From assembly GCA_964304625.1 (NCBI GenBank), contig OZ199838.1, positions 5,530,178 through 5,594,177 on the forward strand: 64,000 bases of DNA, written 5' to 3'. Position 1 is the first letter of the stretch, and every line of letters starts with the position of its first letter. The DNA is from Kudoa neothunni (Eukaryota; Animalia; Cnidaria). A program made the position numbers and the translations under genes. Below are positions 1-14,024 of the stretch, piece by piece. Below the pieces are notes generated by a model. The model saw only the letters and a list, made by a program, of their open reading frames with translations, made no database searches and had not been told where the DNA came from.

Positions 1-3000
1 GTTAATGATGAGGTGATTGCATAAACTACTTTTTGTTTTAATTTCAATATCATCGCCGGTCTGAATATCTTCGGTTTTTATAGGAGTGATGCTTAAATTA
101 TTTCTATCTAACAGTTTACTTTCGTTGCGTTAAAAAAATGATAGGTAACATACTAAATAGATATTTTCTAACTAATTAACTCAAAGTATCCAAATTTAAT
201 TTATGTTTGCATTTGCTTGCGTACGTCTAATCTCCATAGTCAATTTTAAGATTTTGATTTATGGAACGCATCAGAGAATGATTATAAGGTCATATGCACA
301 GTTATTTATAAAAAAATTATACTCTTCTTGTATGTAATTAAAATGCTTGATGATTCGAAAATTAGTGCAATAAGATTGTAGGCGATATTAGGCGCATTTA
401 GATGCTTATATATTTAAATTACTTTGTAAATGCTTATCTAGCTACATACTTCATGAGGACGAACGAATTTTTTGATAATTGAGTATGCCGACAATAAATA
501 CAGAAATGTAGTTCCGTATTTATTTTATTGGAGTACCATTTAACATATTTTTAACTATTTGAATTTATAAATATCAAAATGAATAAAATTCGATAATACA
601 GACATGTAGACCGTTACTTTTTAATGTGTTTAAATGGCGTTGATTTTGGATCATTACGTGGGATCTGCTTACATTTTAATTAAGGGCACTGCTGACAGCT
701 GCTGTATTGCAACCCAGCTTTGTTTTGATCTCTACGAAAACGCTATGCCTAGACTGATCGAAGAAATACTAGTCCGAATAAAGTATTGTGGATTTTACCG
801 CGAAGGAAAACGTATTACGTTTGAGAGTTCCACCAAAAAGAAAGTGAAAAGCCCATCGGATAGACCTGCCTACACATCTGTAGTTTTGGAGCCATGCTCT
901 GATGTACCTCCTGTATTCAACGAGGCTGAATTGGTAGGATCTGAGGAGTTTAATGCGTTATCGGTTGAGGAACAACAACAACGCCTAGATGAGTCACGGC
1001 AGCAAGCCAAAAATGCGCGACTCAAATACATCTACGAAAAGCTGACCAAATTTATAATTGTTCTTCGAGGAAAGGCCACCGTCAGATTATGGTTTGAATA
1101 CATTATCAAGACAATGCGAAGTGATTCGCTTACGTTGCGTCTTCTTAGAGTATTAATTATTATATTTTCCTGAGAGTCGCATCATTCGTTTCTAATCGAT
1201 TCAAAAATGTTAGAATTCTGTTAAATCTTCTGTCTCAATGACTGCAGTGATATTTGCAAATGGTATAATGCATTGTGGTACCACTGGAGATTCTTTTGCG
1301 AGGTGAGTTTTTTAAGTTTTTTGATTAATTTATCCATTTATTTAATGTTTTATTCTATATAGGGAGAATGCCGAGTGGTTCGTTAAGTGCAGCAACTGGT
1401 CCAAGTTCGCCTATGTTGTCAGTTTTGGTCTTATTCATGCTGTATGTGTGTGTTTATCTTTTAACATCACATCGTAGATTACATTTTTGGTATTGATTTG
1501 TGATTTAATAGGGTAATAATGCCGAAGGGATGCGAGTTCTAGGCTCATTCCTACCTAAGAATAGTGGTGGGAATGCTGATAGAAAGTATGAAGAAAGTGG
1601 AGCTTTGTGTGCTCTTGGTAATCTATATTATTTTGGCGTGTTAATGCGTGTTGTATATGGACCAGGCAGGGTACGTCAAATGCGGTTATTTAATAAATTT
1701 TTGAGGAGTTTAATGATTCCCAGAAATCTTATCTAAAAATATTTCAGATTCTAGTGTTTTGGTTTTATTAAAAATAATACTCATTAATAGCACCGTTTTA
1801 ATGTATTTGAATCATTTAGATTTAAACTTGTGCTAAATTAAACTCACAACTTTTTGCAGCTATTTTCGCCGAATGAAATTTAATTTGAAATTCTCATGAT
1901 TTGTTGAGCGATTCAGTTAATATTTCATAGCTTGTAATTAAAACATTTTTATAATTATAATTAGAACAGTGAGATATACCAGGGGTGCACAAACTCCGGC
2001 CCCCAATGAGCTTTTTTGTGGCCCGCGATGAACCATAATTAAATTCAGATTAATTTTATACTTTTAAATGAAATGAAAACAAACATTCGATTATTTAACT
2101 TCAATTGGCTTATCTAGTTATTGAATATATCGGAAACATCTAACATTCTATTAAATAAACTTATCTGATTTTTTTATTATATAAGAAACATTAAGAACGA
2201 ATTATCGAAAATATTCCCTAAATAGGCAATAAGATTTATTGCTATTGTCCACATCACCATGTGATACAGGAAAAACGTTTCTTAATCGAAGTTCATTTAC
2301 CAATTTTAATTATTTCTTCTTGAGTGTGTATGGAGGAGAAGAAAATTATACAGGTATTGAGTGGATTTATGATTTAGAAATTCGTTTGGCAATGCTGATC
2401 CGAAGTTTAAGTTAAGTTGAAATAAGAAAAATAAATAAAACAAAATAAACTTTGACGCAAATGATAAACGATAAAGCCGTTTTTTGCTGATACTGAGCGC
2501 ATATTAAAGGGAAATTTAAACTGCACTTTATATATACGCACACAATCATTTTTCTCTCTCAAGATATATTTCATATTTAATTCTGCTTATTGTTATTTTA
2601 ATTCCAAGCTTAAATGACTGAAATTCGAAAAAAAGTTGACGAGGAGAATAGAAAATTTATTGACGTCTGGACAGCAAAATATTGTTTTATTCAGCAGGGG
2701 ACGAATATTATTTGTTTACTTTCGTTCGTTATTCAATTTAAATAATTTAGTAAACTTATTATTTATGAATTATTTTTAATATTGCGTTCCAAAATTCGTG
2801 AATTTATCCAATGTGTGAGCTATAACTTCGATTTTAAACTTTCTGACCCCCGGAAGTTATCTAACATTAAAATTTGACCAGAGGCTCAAAAAGTTTATGC
2901 ACCACTGATCTACAGTATTATTTAAATTCCCGTTGTGGTGATTTCCCCTGATTCATATTCAAACGCTTAAATTCATGTCTAAATATCAATAATATCGTAT

Positions 3001-5455
3001 GTAGGTTTCATTTTCGGCAATCGATCCAGCAAGGCCAAAGAATTCATCCTCCACAATTTCTACAGCGCATCTAATGATGTATTTGATTTTTGATGCTGAT
3101 TGAATATGGATAGACGGCTAAACGTACTGATTGAATCATTCTAGGTTATTTTTCATGGATGTTGTCTTGGTATTGGTCTTACGTGTTTTGGTAGCCACGA
3201 TGCAGGTAATTTGTCTTCATTTCCGGAAAGTATGTTTCTATGATGATCTAGATTTGCTTAAACATTTGTGGAAGAATATTGAAGGTGGTAGTCCTATTAA
3301 AGGTATGAGTAGATTTTTGGTAGTCGCCATACACATGTTATCTACGTGTATTAGCTCTTGGTGCTTCTATCTGCTATGGTATGGTTAATATTGGTCTTCA
3401 TAACGAGATTAACTATCCTGATCTTAAAAAGGTAGCTCTTTATTTGATATTGGAAGATGAATTGTTTTTGTTTAGTTATTAAAAGATTCTAAACACGAAA
3501 AGACAAAACTTGGGTTATCGCTGCTTATGGCATTTGTAAGTTGTTGAATATATTTCTGCAAATTTTCTACATTCTATCTAAATGATAAAAATGCAACTCT
3601 TAGGTGCATTTACAAGTTGGACATGCTGCATGGGATCGCATCAATGACCTTATTACTGATACTGTATTTAAAGTTTGTTCGAATAATTACATCCTTAAAT
3701 TTGATGTAGAAAGCTGCTTGTCGTTTGGCTGCCGCGTACACCATTGGAACTGCTTACGTCGGTAGTGGTGATATCAATGCTGTGAATGCCCTTTGGACGT
3801 TGGTCGTGTTTGATGTGGATGATCATGTGAAGAGAGCTGCAATTATCTCACTTGCATTTGTGTTGCTAAGGTAATATTAGTGTATACCGTTTAGTTTTTT
3901 ATTTGGGCGTGTTTTTGCACACGTAAATATTACAGAGACAAACCCCAACTCTACGATGTCATGACTCAATTGTTTAACAGTCATAATTCCATGGTGCGCT
4001 GTGCCAGTGCATTTGCACTTGGTGCTGTTTTTGCTGGCACCGGTCACCCGGTATGTAACAATTGTTATCGATATATCCCTTAGTTTTACGGATTGATTAA
4101 TATTTATTTATTTTAGGATGCATATAGTTTGGTTAGCAGCCTCTTTATGGATATGGATGTGAGAGTCCGGCAGACAGCGTACATTTCCGCTTCCATGATT
4201 ATGATGCATCTAAATGAAGAGAAGGCGCCAGCTTCAAAAATTGTTAGAGATTCATTGTTGGCCGTGATCAACAACAGCAAATCCATAGACCAGTTGGTTC
4301 GTTTTGGCGCTATAATTGGTATTGGTCTTATCGATGCCGGTGGAAAAAATATGGCTGTTTCCTACTTTACAAGCGATGGTAGCATTAGAATCCATTCCAT
4401 TGTTGGTATGTTATTGTTCTCTGCCTCCTACTATTGGTATCCCCTTATTGGATTTGTGACCATGTCATTGGTGCCTTCCGCTATAATTGCGGTCAAGGAT
4501 GATTTTTCTGTAAAACACAAAAATTTGTTAATTTTTGTTCGTAAGATTTAAATTTTAGATCCCAATTATGAAATTTTATGCAAACCAACCTCAAAGCTAT
4601 TTCAAATATGCTGCATTCACTCAACTGCCTAGAAGAACCAACAAAAACAAAACAAGTTCCAAGTTGTCGGCTCATCGAAAATCAAGAAAATCTAAGCGCG
4701 CAGGAAATGATTTCCCCTTTTGATTTAACCCAGAATGAAGATCAAAATTTTGTTATTAGTGCAGGTTGGTTTTCAATTTGCTATGCGTAACTGTAATTTT
4801 TCAATGTCTGTAGGAAAGAAAAATGCTCCTCTCACTGCCAAAGCTATCCATCATCCTGTCATTGATGCTATTTTTAAATTGGATGAGGCAAAAGCCAAAG
4901 AAGCCAAAAATGAAAATCTCGCCAAAAACCACCACCACCACCTCCTCAGCAGCTGTTCAAGATGGTTCCACTCAACCTGCTGAAACCAAAGAGGAACCGA
5001 AAAAGGAACAAACATCATCCACAGGTGATACTGTTGCTTCAGCTGACCAGTCACAACCTAGTAATGCTGATCAGACTATTAATAATGCTGCCAATATGTC
5101 TCAACAGAAACTTGCTCTGCTTACTATGGATTGGGATCGTGCACGATTGGCTTCATTATACGAATCGACGTTTCCCTCATCGTATAAACCTCCGGAACCA
5201 TTCACCTTCCTTTACAATCCAGCAAGAGTTTTACCCCTTTTGTGGAATACTGTCAAGTTGGATGAGTCGTGCGGATATGTGCCATTCAAACCTGTCAACT
5301 CTGGAGGCATTGTTGTTGTCAAAAAGGTCGGAAAAGCCCCTGAGTATCTCATATTGGAGCCATTGCAAGTGAAAATTGTGTCTTCTAAATCCAAAAGCAG
5401 TGAACCATCTGCTGATCCACCAGCCAAGGGGCCTGCAAGTTCATCAGATAAATAA
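1..5455 (+). CDS. PSMD1: 26S proteasome non-ATPase regulatory subunit 1 (Rpn2), multi-exon, 5' end outside the window
   Basis: Spliced exons give Rpn2 motifs: QLCFDLYEN, FANGIMHCGTTGDSF, NWSKF, YEESGALCALG, DVDDHVRRAA, RFGAIIGIGLIDAGGKN, YYWYPL, NPARVLP. Short GT-AG introns plus one long intron (about 1618-3004) holding a hAT element. Stop at 5453-5455. Two apparent +1 homopolymer frameshifts near 4718 and 4926. Confidence 0.93.
1980..2907 (+). mobile_element. Non-autonomous hAT (Charlie/SPIN/Buster type) element in a PSMD1 intron
   Basis: TIRs CAGGGGTGCACAAACT and AGTTTATGCACCACTG. Internal remnant from 2614 reads MTEIRKKVDEENRKFIDVWTAKYCFIQQGTNIICLL, like a SPIN/GTF2IRD2-type transposase N-terminus. 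TSD not recognisable. Confidence 0.8.
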
Positions 5456-5797
5456 AACTCTCCCTCAACCCAATAACTACGTACTATTGTTTGTCTGATA
5501 ATTATCGAATTTGATTTCTCTACACGTACAATGACAGTTGCCCAATAACAACTTATCCAATAATAGTCACTGTAGCAACACTAATCGTTTATCTAATGTT
5601 TTTTTTCGTTATCTTTTCGATTGTGAATTTTTCTTTGGTTTGCATTCACCAATCTTAATATGTATTTGACTTTTTCCATATAAATTTATCTAACCTGTTC
5701 ACGTAATTTTGCATTTTTCGACGATATTTCCAGATTTCCTAATACGCTCAAACAGAGGAAGAGGACAAGGGGATTTTGTTTAATAATATACAGTTAA

Positions 5798-7160
5798 CCT
5801 TTAAAAGCTCACGTTGGGGTTAAGACGGTTCGGTTTCGATTATTCCAAACACAGTTTTCGATTTTGTAGATAATTTTTCCAATTATCGATGCCAATTTTG
5901 CTTATGCACATATATGTAAAAATGTGGTTGATTGAAATCTTATTTTAGTCGTTCTTTGTTTAAATATGCTCTTTAGAACAAAATTTTGAATTATTTTACA
6001 ATTGAATTCAGTTTGATATTATCTTTAATTGTTTTAATTAATTTTTCTTTAAAAATTATTTTTTACTGCATTTAAAAACGATTATAATCTTTTACGATAA
6101 AATGTTTTCAAACACAATAAAAAATTTCATGTCTCAAATTTCAATTTAATTATTTCATTCCCATAAATAAACAATGGTTTCAAGTTTCGAGTCGCTCAAT
6201 TTTGCTATAAATGGGGAAATAGCACGGTTGTATAAGGTAAAACATGTGTCTGAGTCAATACTCGTAGGTCTAACATTAGAAGGAGTTTTTACGAACCCTT
6301 TCTAAATGATCTGACGCCACACCGTGATTAATAAAATTTGTAATTTTGCCAAATGCGAACAATATTTTGTTCTGTTCGATCTGGAAACGTAATGAATTAA
6401 ATTGTCTAAATTTATCTCAGATTCGGAAGGTTCATAATTTTGGCTTTGATCATTCAGTTCAATGAAATTAACGGCATCCTCTAGATCCAAATTTATAGTC
6501 TTTTGTCGAAAATATTCTTTATACAAATGTTTAAATTGAAGCTTAAAAACATAAATATATCGGACCAAATGGCGCGTAAATCAAACAACGTTTGATAAAT
6601 TTCATTTTTAAAATTTCTGAAACTATTCCGTCAATACACGAGAAATCCTCAATTGTATTGGTGAGTATGAATTTACATTTATTGCATTTTTCTCCTTTAT
6701 TCGAAAGACTAAAAAAATAGCTCCAAATACCGGATATAATTCTTGTAATGCTAAATACAAAATTTGTTCACTGTCAAAACAATCATTCAAAAATATTTTG
6801 TCCGTTTTCTATTTAAAAACGATTTTACTTATTGAAAAGATTGTATCAATTAATAATAAAAGTTATTTTATATTAAAAAATAAATTTTAAACATCAGTTC
6901 CGGTTTTGGATTTTCGGTTTTCGGGTTTGCCAAAAACCGAACCGATCTTAACCCCTAATTTCACGAGTCCATCGTTATATTGTTTGGTTTAGAAATTTTC
7001 TCATTAGATTTGTTATATATTTTGTATTTTCACTCACTTTTTAAAAAAATATTAACAATCGGCTGGTGTATTAAAATTAGTTAAACTTCTGGTGAAAGTA
7101 CACAATTTTTGGAGCGAAATATAGAGGTGGGCGCGTGAATTCCAAGGTTAGCTTTATGGG
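5798..7160. mobile_element. piggyBac-like MITE interrupted by a hAT insertion
   Basis: Begins TTAA|CCTTTAAAAG and ends GAGGTGGGCGCGTGAATTCCAAGGTTAGCTTTATGGG|TTAG. Ends match the intact copy at 28632-28867. Confidence 0.65.
5814..6957 (-). mobile_element. Deleted hAT (Ac-type, TAGGG ends) element
   Basis: TIRs TTGGGGTTAAGACGGTTCGG and CCGAACCGATCTTAACCCCTA, subterminal CGGTTTT repeats, imperfect 8-bp TSD agctcacg/atttcacg. Minus strand near 6240-6268 reads PTSIDSDTCF, a decayed PxTSxxSERxFS dimerization motif. Confidence 0.75.
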
Positions 7161-8792
7161 TTAGTACTAATCAGATTGTTTATGGAAATGACTATTAACG
7201 CGATCATAATATCCAGGCGGGTGTAGTTGGATTGTAGTTAATTGATTTAAACTTTTAAGAGCGATAGAGATAGGGAGCAATAATTAAATATAGCAGGTTC
7301 TTAAAAATAAACATTATATATCCACTCTAAATAGGAATTGTTGGATTAATCATGAGCACCGTGAAATCATAAACATCATTTAGGATTAAAAATACCTTAC
7401 CGATTTTTAATATATGTACTTAAATGTTGGAAATACAATTAAACAATTTTTTAAGTCATCTTTGGAATACATCAAATTTGGCAATATTGTCGAGATAATA
7501 GAAGTTATAAATAAATCCCGTTTATCTATGGATGTTGTACATGTGCTTTCAATTTCAAATGGAGTTAAAAACTAGAAATGAAGTTTTGCTTTAACTTTGT
7601 AAAGTTTAAATATAACGTGCTACTCGACTCATTACTTAAATCAGCACGGAAAATTATTTCATTTTTCCTTGAATAATTTATTGTAAGAGGAACACAAATC
7701 AACCAGAAAATCAATGGTTACATTAAAACCCATAATTTACTTGATTTAAAATGTGATGTCCCTAGAATATAAATAATTTGATATATGAACTAATTCAAAC
7801 CATTGAAATTCCACATGTGTATGTATTCTTTATTTTTGTCTTTAAAGAATTAAGGTATTTTTAGCATAAAAATGAAGTAATTATAAAATTATTTTGATGA
7901 TATTGTTTTTTGCATTATTTGAGGTATGTCAGAGTTCCTTTTATTATTGTATCGATACAAGAAGTTTATCTTATTTAAACTATTAGGCAAACGTAAATTT
8001 TACTGTATTAACAATTTTCAGGTATTTGTATGATGGAAATATTTTTCTTTAATTATCGTTTACTGCCATTTCAAATATTATTCGGTATTACAGTTGATGG
8101 TGAATATTATAAATAATGAGGTTAAAACCGGATTTTTATCATGTTTATTATTGTTTTGATATCTATATTTTTTCTAAAAATATTCTTTTCCCGATAATCA
8201 ATTAAAAGCAAAAATATTTAGAGGATGAAATTTATAATTAAACATAAAATATTTAAATTTCCGAGTGTATGTGGGATCAGTTTGACCCAAACGCACCATA
8301 TGTATAGTATAGTGGATTTTGAGGCGCTCGAAAGGTTAATCGCACATAATTTCAACTAAATAGCATTACTTGACTATTTTTAAAATTTTTAGATAGTAAG
8401 TATTTGGGGGATAATTTTTTGAGTAATTTTAATATTTCGTGTACAATGAGATACAGTATTGTTATATTAGTTGTGAAAGACAGCTCATGCCCGTTATCAT
8501 TATGCTTGAAAAATTTCGATTTTTATATTTATTTTGAAATATTTATTGTATATTGAATTTAAAAGTGATAGCATTTGAATTATAGCATTCTCCATATATT
8601 TCCTCAAATTTCCTTTTTGGATTCTACCAATGCAAGTCTAATATTGAAAATTAAAGAATCATCACATGATAATTTGGGGGTTATTAATTTACAATGTAGG
8701 AATAGGTTAGGATATACCAACAATTTTGGTTGTAATGCTACGACTAGTAAATTGATACGAAATAAACTGTACATTATTAAGAAAATATTTAT

Positions 8793-10324
8793 TTATGGTG
8801 AATTATAATGAAAGCAATTAGTTAATAAAAATTTTGGAGATACGATCCGACTCATATCATCATTCTTTTTATCGAATTGGGGATAAAACTTGATCAAAAG
8901 TCCAACACTTACGGCACACATTACATACATCATGCAGAGTGCACCAAGTGCAATGTAAAGATAATAGTTTCCAGTTCCACCAATAACTTCATTTGAAATT
9001 ATTAATTGCTTAGAAAATATGTTTGCTGAAGGATAATCTAAAATTAATTTTGCAATGAAATAAATAAATAAATGTATAAGGATAGTACTGAAATCTATTT
9101 CTAAGGTATACATTCCAGGTGGGAGATTTCCATTTGGAGTCACACTGTTATTTTCTACAATTGCGTATGGTTTTATCAAGGAGTTGAAAGGTGATGACCA
9201 CATCCAAACTAAGAAATGACGATTTAGAATTCCATTATTATTAGGGTCATCTTGGTCTAATAGGTAGATGGGTTGTTTCCACGAGGAAGGTTTAAAGTAT
9301 TTTGTCAATAATCCAACTAAATTAAACCAACCATCATTCATCATAGTTGTAAAGGTGGCTGAATACAATTCTCAGGATTTTTATAAATTGATGATCGTTT
9401 GGAGAGATTAAATCGTTGATTCAATTCAATATGGTGATCATTCCAATTTCTCAGGGTAAATGAATCTAGAAAACCAATTTTACAACAATAATCAACTACA
9501 GTGTGATAGTTGTAATAATCAGAAGTTAATTTCGTCTATGTTGATATTATTTATTTTCGATACAACAATAATTATTCAATATTTTATATTGTGTTGAGTG
9601 TTTTTTTATAGATTTACGGTAATTTATTAGGGTGGACCCAGTGTTAAACAGTCTGGCAAATCCAATAATATTAAAACCAAACCTTACCATTGAAAATCGA
9701 GCTGGCCAAATAACCACAAGGTAGAATATATTTTGTTTCGTTGGGATTATCGAGGGTAGTGGTTTCTGGACTGCATCCACCACCTGGAAGTTCGACTTCG
9801 GTTAGAACACCACTCAATTGATCCTTATCATAGTTGCTATAGAAAAGGGCATAATTCTAAAGTTTGTTAGTATTAATTTTTGGGTAAAAACTCGTAAAAA
9901 ACTTGATAAAATGGATTTAATCGATAATAGATCGTAACGGGAGAAGGAATCATTGTTGGAATATAAAAGTTAATTTTGCAGAAACATTTTTCCGGGACAG
10001 GTATTAGAATCCCGCACGGATGGCATTTACTATAATCTACTGTAACTTTTTCTATCTGGAAAAACGTTAATTTAACAAAAATAAGCTTTATAAACATAAA
10101 ATCGCTTGTACGACAAATGAAATACCTGAGTATCACAAATAATCAATAAAATCATACAAAAAAAAGATAGAACGCATTCTATAATACAGAAAATGAGTAT
10201 TTTCTTCAAGTTGATATTTGGTCTTATGGATTTATGTTTATAAAACATATATTGAATAACTAAAGTTATATTAACAAAAAATATGTTTTGAATGTGATTA
10301 TATACATTTTTTTGCAATATTCAT
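8793..10324 (-). CDS. CDC50/LEM3 (TMEM30) P4-ATPase flippase beta subunit, divergent, multi-exon
   Basis: Spliced product starts MNIAKKFIQYMFYKHKSIRP followed by a TM segment, then IYYRLNPFYQ-NY, DQLSG, PCGYLASSIFND, KPSSWKQPIY, NNGILNRHFLVWM, LPPGMYTLEI, IGGTGNYYL and a second TM. All joins use GT-AG introns. Confidence 0.85.
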
Positions 10325-11488
10325 TATAATTATTGTCTTAATTCTTTATCTACAATTTTTAATCTTAATAAAATCACATATATCATGAGTATTCGATTAA
10401 TGGTCATTAAGGAAAAAATCGAAAATACAGATAACTACCTCGTTTACTAAATTATCATATCCATTAGTAGATACTGATTCAATGGAATACTAGAAAATTC
10501 TCGACTAGAAAATTATTATAATAATATCTAATAACGTAATCAAGATGTGATTTTTTGTCATTGAATGTTCCCATATTTAGATATGATTGAACGCAATATA
10601 ATGATATTACAGCGTATATTACATATGACACGATTGCACAATTTTTGCTGGTTCATTTTGATTCGACGTTAATAAAAATTAAATGAGATTAGTATTAATA
10701 ATATATATGTATGTGTGTGTGTGTGTAAAATTTAAATAGATAATTCAATTGAAATATTTATTTAGTGGAATATTCCAATAACCCATCGTATATAAAGACG
10801 GAAGCAAGGCATTCCGTCATACAGTGAAATAATTAAATACTCTTGATAGTAATTAATGTCTCTAGACTACAGTATGGATTGGGATTATTTTTGTCAGAAG
10901 CCAGTTTCTCAGAATATAATTAGGAAGGTCAAACATTCCTCACAAATGCTATTCACTAATTAATTATTTTAATTATTAATTTTATTCTTAGTATTTGAAT
11001 ATATACGAAGAATGTTGAATAAGTATTATAAAATAATGTTTCATCTTTAAATTTCGACGGCGTACACATGATATATATTTATCAAGATTTATTTGTCTAG
11101 TTGTAGCACTCAGTAAATTCAAAAATCTAATATTACAACGAGCGTTGTGAAAGTATCTATTATATTGTCTATCAATATTTTTTATTCCGAGTTTGAATTT
11201 ATTAAGATTACTAAATCAAAATAACCTCACAAGATTATCTACACACAGAGATTAATTCCAAATGCTGGATAATAATTCTTTTAGCGTTATTGAATTAAAA
11301 TGTCATCTCACTGCATAATGTGATAACTATATCCCTGGATATAATTGCAAAAAGTTTATTATTTATTCTCATATTCTTTTTCGCTTAAAGGATGGGATGA
11401 AAACATAAATGTTTATTAACTAAGCTATCTAATCTAATTTAAACTTTTGTGAGTTCATTTAATTAAATCATAAATATACATAATAGTA

Positions 11489-12029
11489 CAATGCAACCTC
11501 GGACTTCGACCATAATCCGTTTTAGCAGTGTGTTCGAACTCCTAATCAATTTTTCCAACGTAAAATAATGAAAATTAGTTTAATCCGCACCGCTCATCAA
11601 ATAAATGACCATTTTTATTCTTATTTATAAAAATCTAACCATCTCTCGTGATTATGAATATATAACAAGTAAAAATGATATATTCGATGTAACACAAACT
11701 CCGAATTGAGGTTCGAATCTGAGTTATTAGCATTAAAGGTGGTGGTGCCATACCGCTCTGTTCTCGATCGCGCATGTGATTGGTGGATTACAACCCTTAT
11801 AATCCACATGTTACATAGGATAAATATTTGTTGGTCGGCATACGATAGATTATAAAGGGTTATCTTTTGATGACGTTCCCACAATTTGATTGAGAAATTC
11901 TCCTTCTAGAATTACTTTTCTTCGCTATTTTTCGCTCCAACTGGATTTGTTCTGAATATCCTTTCTATGTGTCTGAACTCAAAAGTGTTTCTGCCTCAAA
12001 ATTATTGGTTGAACTCCGAGGTTGCACTG
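11489..12029. mobile_element. pogo/Tigger-type MITE
   Basis: TA|CAATGCAACCTCGGACTTCGACCATAAT ... ATTATTGGTTGAACTCCGAGGTTGCACTG|TA. Confidence 0.8.
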
Positions 12030-12230
12030 TATACCGAAACTAAAATAACGCCCAACTTATTTCTCTCTTGATGCGCATGCACGAAATTAAATTTAAAAAC
12101 AGTATTAAAGTTTGGCCGAACTTTTATAGATTTCCTACAATTTTTAAAATTCATCATTTTAGTCAAATTGATGAGCAGTTTGGGTAAAGGAAGTAGTTAT
12201 TATTAAGTACGTAATATTCCAGCAGAACTA

Positions 12231-13676
12231 CAGTTGAACCTGAATATTGCGTAATTTCACAAGTTTATTGAAATATAAAGAATATTTTAATTTTTTACTT
12301 AAACTTTTCTTGTGTATTATTTAAATTAATGTTACCGGGGTGAACAAAGATAAAAATGTTTTACTAAAGAAGTATAAACTTAAGATAGCCCCCAAAAATT
12401 AAAATCTCGCTACTGCGTAACGTTTTATTCGGTTTAATCCTCAATTAATCTTCTTTTTGAATTCTGCAAAACGAAAATAGCAACGAATAAGCGAACAGTG
12501 GCTGAAAAAATTGAAATAATCGAATAATATAATTCAATTAAATCACTCAAAGAAGAAAAATGGATGACTTTTAAACTTTACAAGTCATCTAATATAAAAT
12601 TATCTAATTCCAATATAATATATTTTAAAGGCATTCCTCTATTAATAGAATTGTAATTTCTCAATGTGATATTATTAATTCTATTATTTCGGCTTCAACA
12701 AAAAGAATGAAAGAAGACAATTACACGGAATTAGTTAATTTATTCTATACATGAATAACTAAAATGCGAAATGAAAAAAAGGTTATTTATGTTTACTTAA
12801 TTGTTGAAAAGACAAAAAGTATCGTTAAATCCATAGATATTGACGAATTTACCGGTAGTAACGGTTTTTTCGTAGAATTTGAAATTAATTTTAAAACAAT
12901 TTCATGATGAAACCAACAATGTGAATAATCCAACTATGATGGCTTTTTTGATAAAATTCCCAAAAATTTCACTACAGTACGAAGAGTGTAACGTAATAAA
13001 CATGGATAAATCAAATTTAATTAAATATATCATTTTTGTTTTATTAAAACTTTAAATCAAGCATGGGAAAATGTATCATCGACTATAATTCAAAACTGAT
13101 TTAGAAAATCTAGACTTTTTGAACATTGTGCATTGATACTATGATATATCAAATTAAAGATTAATTAATAGATAATGAAAAATTATCTCAAGGTTTTTCT
13201 GAAAATAATATTGAAAATCTCGTCACACTATTTAATTGTTTATCAACTTTAATTTTTAGATGAAAATATGACGAAACCAACAATATTGACGAAGAGGGGA
13301 AAATACATGAGGAATCAATCGCTTTACCTGAAGCGTATGCAGTTGATAAATTTAAAGAAAATTTCGATCGAACTTTTGTAAATGATGAAGCGATTGTGAC
13401 AACTGTGGAACTCAAACAATCAATTAATTCAATCAGAAAACTTTTATGTTAGAAAACTCGGCAGCATTATTTTCAAGACACACAGTTATGGAGTTCATAT
13501 CTGAAATAATTCGAAAATGGTGCAAAAAATTGAAATTACTATTTATTTTAAACCCCTCAAAATTTTTGTTTTTTGTACATAACGCGCTTGCGCTAACAAC
13601 CTGTATTGCGTAAAATCTCCCCGTTGCGTAATTTTTTCCCTTTCCCGAAAAATTACGCAATATCCCGGCTCTACTT
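12231..13676 (+). mobile_element. Decayed pogo/Tigger DNA transposon
   Basis: TIRs CAGTTGAACCTGAATATTGCGTAATT and AATTACGCAATATCCCGGCTCTACTT with TA flanks. Remnants TVAEKIEIIE, FTGSNGF and QAWENVSSTIIQN*FRKS. Confidence 0.8.
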
Positions 13677-14024
13677 TATATTTAATTATTTTTGTTCCCC
13701 CTCTTCGCTCTTATGGGTCAGAAATAATTCATTAAGCAGATTATAAAAAATTATATCAGTATAAAGCTTGTAAGAAAAAGTTGCTGGGATTACAAATTTC
13801 CATCGCGTAAGTGTATGTTCAGTTTAGGACGGGGTCACCAAAGTTTTTGACTGGCGGGCCACATTTTGGATCTTGACAAGCTTCGAGAGACGGATTCAAA
13901 ATTTTTTTTTGAAAACCGAACAATTATAAAAATGAAACAAAAATTATATAAATATAACAAAATTATGAATTTTTTTTAATGTGAAACATGGAATTGATTC
14001 ATTTTTGATAAAAGTTGTTTCTTG

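Noticed and set aside
4890-4983. Poly-His run (NHHHHLL) in ORF 4735-4983
   Set aside because: Out-of-frame reading of the ACC repeat encoding TTTT in Rpn2 after an apparent frameshift.
7248-8339. Possible further piggyBac-like element ending CGCTCGAAAGG|TTAA
   Set aside because: Right end is plausible but the left end and internal homology are too degenerate to support.
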